Source: Terriglobia bacterium
GTDB lineage: Bacteria; Acidobacteriota; Terriglobia; JAJPHL01; JAPKYU01
DNA: 64,000 bases
Direction of reading: 5' to 3'
NCBI GenBank assembly: GCA_965223005.1
Contig: CBDCVK010000010.1
Coordinates: 96,001 to 160,000 of the forward strand
Part shown: positions 60,457 to 64,000 of the stretch, piece by piece
How positions within the stretch are numbered: position 1 is the first letter of the stretch
Layout: the number at the start of each line of letters is the position of its first letter
Translations under genes and position numbers: made by a program
The notes under the pieces: generated by a model
What the model was told of the DNA's origin: nothing
The model's input: the letters and a program-made list of their open reading frames with translations, nothing else
Databases searched by the model: none

Positions 60457-61160
60457 ATACCATCCATAGCATCATCCGTGGGGCTACCCGTGGGACCATC
60501 GGTCGCGCGCAGGCGGCGCTTCATCCGCGGACCCAGGTAGAAGCCGGCCCACAGGTCAATCGCAAAATGCGCCCCAATGGCCGGCCACAGGCTTCCTGTG
60601 ACGGCGAAGGCCCCCAGCAGCAGCGCGCCCAGCACCGTGGCGCGGAACACGCCATACCAGCCTTGGTAGAGGTGGGTCAGTGCAAACGCCAGCGTGGCCA
60701 GCCCTGCGGCACTCCAGGCGGGCAGCCAGACCGCTGCCCGCCCGTAGGCAAAGCCGCGGTAGAGCACCTCTTCGCAGAAGCCCGCGGTCAGCGCCAGACC
60801 AACGAAGGCTACCTTCTCCGCAGCCGATTCCGGGATTAACCACAGCACCAGCGAGTCTTCCCGTCCCGGCGGGCGCGCCAACAGGCGCGCCACTGCGGCC
60901 ACCGCCGCCAGTGCCAGTAAGGTAGCCAGCGCGGCGCCTTCGATGCCCCAGTGCCCGGCAGTGCCCAAGCCCAGCGCAAAACCTTCCCGGTGCGCCGCCC
61001 AAAGGACCAGCACTGTCGCGCCCCACTGGATGGCTATGCTTTGACCGTAGAGCAAGAGGCGCGGCCATTCCACCAGCTCCAGGCGATGCTGGTGCAGGCG
61101 GATGGCCATCAGCGGAAAACCAGCGTAAACCAACAGCAGCAACGCCACAGCTGGCAGCAC
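60453..61160 (-). CDS. CPBP (CAAX/Abi) intramembrane metalloprotease
   Basis: EEVLYRG; FALTH; H...D. Confidence 0.9.
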   Translation of the reverse strand: MLPAVALLLLVYAGFPLMAIRLHQHRLELVEWPRLLLYGQSIAIQWGATVLVLWAAHREGFALGLGTAGHWGIEGAALATLLALAAVAAVARLLARPPGREDSLVLWLIPESAAEKVAFVGLALTAGFCEEVLYRGFAYGRAAVWLPAWSAAGLATLAFALTHLYQGWYGVFRATVLGALLLGAFAVTGSLWPAIGAHFAIDLWAGFYLGPRMKRRLRATDGPTGSPTDDAMDGI

Positions 61161-61266
61161 GCTTGTCAGCTTAGCAGGGATTTTTACACTCGGGCACTGC
61201 GGAGCTTGGCGGCGGGTTGATGCAGTCGCCAGGTCGGCACGGTTGGGGGGGCGCTATACTTGTGCG

Positions 61267-61929
61267 GTGAAAATCCTGGCGGAAATCGTCCCGGGACCGG
61301 CAGGCGACCTGGAAGGGTTGCTAACAGTGCCCGAGCAGGCGGTGGCGAGCCAGCCGCTGCAGATAGCGGTCGTCTGCCACCCGCACCCGCTCTACGGAGG
61401 CACCCTGCACAACAAGGTTGTGTTCCACGTGGCGCGGGCGCTCGCTGGGCTGGGCTGGCCGGTGCTGCGCTTCAATTACCGAGGCGTGGGCCGCAGTGCC
61501 GGAAAATTGGAGAAGGAGGCAGGCGCCGTGGCCCTTCTCCAGGCCGCAAGCGGGGATTTGCAGGCTGTCCTGGACTGGCTGCTCGCTCGCTTTCCCGGAG
61601 CACAGATCTGCGGCACCGGATTTTCCTTCGGCGCGAAAGCGGTGCTCCAGGTGGCGCAATCAGACACGCGCCTGGCGCGGCTGCTGGTCGTCGGGACGCC
61701 GGTGGCAATGGGTGGCGACCTCGACCTGTTTCCCCTCGTTGCCGGCCTAACCCAGCCCAAGCTGTTCATCCAGGGCGAGGCCGACCAGTACGGTCCACCT
61801 GAGCTGATTCGCCGGCTGTTCGAAGCGGCCGCCAACCCCAAGCGTCTGGTCATGATCCCTGGGGCAGGACACTTTTTCGAAGACCACCTGAACGAATTGC
61901 GCGCCGCAGCCGCTTCGGTCGCCGACTGA
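61267..61929 (+). CDS. Alpha/beta hydrolase
   Basis: HPHPLYGG; RFNYRGVG; GFSFG; D; GHFF. Confidence 0.9.
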   Translation: MKILAEIVPGPAGDLEGLLTVPEQAVASQPLQIAVVCHPHPLYGGTLHNKVVFHVARALAGLGWPVLRFNYRGVGRSAGKLEKEAGAVALLQAASGDLQAVLDWLLARFPGAQICGTGFSFGAKAVLQVAQSDTRLARLLVVGTPVAMGGDLDLFPLVAGLTQPKLFIQGEADQYGPPELIRRLFEAAANPKRLVMIPGAGHFFEDHLNELRAAAASVAD

Positions 61930-61943
61930 CGGTCCGTGCGGCT

Positions 61944-62357
61944 TCATTCCAGTTCCAGGCGAGTAATCTCCAGGTTGGGCGCGACCCGGTTCCAGGAACT
62001 GGGGATTTCCTCAAAGCCCATGCGGAACTGGCGCGACTGACCGGGGTCCAGCGGTACGAAGCCGGGGCGGATGACCGCGTTGCGCTCGAGCAACACCGCC
62101 TCGCCGCGACTATCGCGAAAGCTCACGCTCACTTCCAGCAGGGTGATGGTCCGATCGCCGCCGTTGCTCACCTCCCCCGCCACGTAATACACGGTTTGCC
62201 CGACCATGTTCTCCCGAGCGCTCAAGCGGAAATTAGAGAACGAGATCCGGGTTGCGTAATTCGCAATGTCGCGCGGGGAAAGCTCTGGACCAGGATGGCA
62301 GCTCCAACAAAGAAACGCCGCCAAGCAGAGGAAAAGCACTAACGAATTCCTGCTCAT
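61944..62357 (-). CDS. Exported FxLYD/DUF3426-like protein
   Basis: Signal peptide with Cys; GEVSN.G.R...FRD..G...PLDPGQSR.F. Confidence 0.7.
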   Translation of the reverse strand: MSRNSLVLFLCLAAFLCWSCHPGPELSPRDIANYATRISFSNFRLSARENMVGQTVYYVAGEVSNGGDRTITLLEVSVSFRDSRGEAVLLERNAVIRPGFVPLDPGQSRQFRMGFEEIPSSWNRVAPNLEITRLELE

Positions 62358-62495
62358 CGGGGCGAAAATGACTGCCGCTGGAACAGAGAGGCACACCTAC
62401 AAAGAGAATAATCCGCAAATTTCGCGGATTTCACAGAAAGCTCGGGGCAATCTGCAGAATCTGTGGATTCCTTCCGTTACTGCTCGCTTTTAGCT

Positions 62496-63844
62496 TCAGA
62501 GCCCGGCGACGGTCATCTCGGCGATCTTGATCGTGGGGGCCGCCACCGCGCCGCGAAATTCCAGGTCGTTACCCACCATCTCCACGCCGCGCAGCATGTC
62601 GAGCAAGTTGCCGGCGATGGTCACCTCCTCCACCGGATAAGCCAGCTCGCCGTCTTCAATCCACAGACCGGCTGCGCCTCGGGAATAGTCGCCCGTCACC
62701 ATGTTCACTCCGAAGCCGATGCATTCGGTCACGTAGAAGCCGCGCGTCACCGACCGAAGAATCTCTTCAGGAGAATGTTCTCCAGCCAGCAGATAGAAGT
62801 TGCCGGGACTGATGCCAGGATTACCTGCCAGTCCGCGCGCGGCATTGCCAGTGGTAGGCATGCCGAGCTTGCGTCCCGCGTAGCAATTCAGCAGGAAGTT
62901 GCGGAGCACTCCCTGCTCAACCATTGGAGTGCGCCGGGTGGGCACTCCCTCGTCATCGAAGGGCGAGGTGCCAAAGCCCCTCGGCATGGTGCCGTCGTCC
63001 ACCAGGTTGACCAGCGGGAAGCTACCGGCTCACCCAAGCGTCGTGCCAGGAAGCTGGCTTCACGATAGACGGCTTCGCCATTGAGCGCTTCGGCCAGGTT
63101 TCCCAGCAGGCCTTTGGCGGTGCGCGGTTCAAACACCACTGGCACGCGGCAGGTATCCACCTTGCGCGCCCCCAGGCGTCTCACGGTGCGCTCGGCGGCG
63201 ATGCGCCCCACCTGCTCCGGATTCTCCAGGCCGGCCAGATTGCGGGAGATCGCATACCAGTAGTCACGCTGCATGGCTCCGCCGTTGGAAACGGCGATGG
63301 GCACCGCGCTCAGCAGGCAGTAGGAGCGGTTGTATTCGCCCAAAAAGCCGCTGGAATTGGCCAGTATCTGGCGGCCGCTGACGGCATCGAAGGAGCCCCC
63401 CTCAGAGTTCTGGATGCGCGGGTCATAAGCTAGCGCGACGCGCTCGGCCGTGCGTGCCAGTTCAATCCGCGCCGGCACCGGCAGGGCATCCATGTCGTCA
63501 AAGCAGAGCTCGAGGTCGCCGCTGAGCTGTCCCAACAGCTCCGGCTCGGGCAGCCGATGCAGCGCATCCTCGGAGGTAAAGTGCGCCATGGCCAGGGCGT
63601 CGCGGACAGCGCGCTCCACTCCTTCGCGGGAAAAGTCGGAGGTGTAGCAACTGGCGGCGCGTTGCTCCACAAGCACGCGCACGCCCAGGGCCTTCGACGC
63701 CGCCTCCTTCACCGCCTCCACTTCGCCCAGGCGCACCGTAACGGAGAACTCGCGGCCGTCGCGGATGACGCACTCGGCAGCGTTGGCGCCGCCGCGGCGG
63801 GCACGCTCGACCACGTCAACGGCCAGGTTTTTCAGCTGCTCCAT
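62496..63844 (-). CDS. pmbA: PmbA/TldE metalloprotease subunit, with a 1-nt frameshift near 63017
   Basis: ORFs 62888.. and 62496..63002 join as ASPLVNLVDDG if one C is restored; PFDDEG; TGDYSRG. Confidence 0.92.
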
Positions 63845-63861
63845 GTTCAAAGCGACTCGCG

Positions 63862-63999
63862 TCAGCCGGTGCCGCCGACCGTCAGACGGTCCACCCGAAG
63901 GGTAGGCAGGCCCACGCCCACCGGCACCGACTGCCCGTCCTTGCCACAAGTGCCGATGCCTTCGTCCAATTGCAGATCGCCGCCAACCATCGAGACCTG
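63862..63999 (-). CDS. tldD: TldD C-terminus (partial)
   Basis: [44 protein letters not shown]. Confidence 0.92.
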   Translation of the reverse strand, partial: QVSMVGGDLQLDEGIGTCGKDGQSVPVGVGLPTLRVDRLTVGGTG

Positions 64000-64000
64000 C

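Overview
GC-rich bacterial chromosome segment, probably Acidobacteriota (inferred from the Acidobacterial VWA protein and the TIGR03437-type C-terminal domains). It has two parts. (1) Positions 1-18.9 kb are a tandem accessory array at the 3' end of an intact tRNA-Val(GAC) (18838-18914, minus strand). Two extra copies of the tRNA 3' half sit at 11243-11290 and 1157-1201. The array also holds one near-intact tyrosine integrase, two integrase remnants, four different pairs of 12-bp-period arm-type repeats and an IS1380 remnant. Its cargo genes all lie on the minus strand: a secreted cyclase, two DUF1501 + DUF1549/DUF1553 pairs, DUF3489 and a 1504-aa SBBP-repeat protein. The middle unit (about 10 kb) has matching arm repeats at both ends but no intact integrase. 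(2) Positions 19-64 kb are mostly core genome: tonB-like, ileS-lspA-lgt-rluD, recA, pfk, prfA, lctP, galU, ffh-rpsP-khpA-rimM-trmD-rplS-rnhB, tpx, archease-rtcB, pheA and tldD-pmbA. This part carries many short tandem duplications and REP-like elements. Four genes have 1-nt frameshifts that look like homopolymer sequencing errors. All product calls come from motif recognition by eye; no database search was run.
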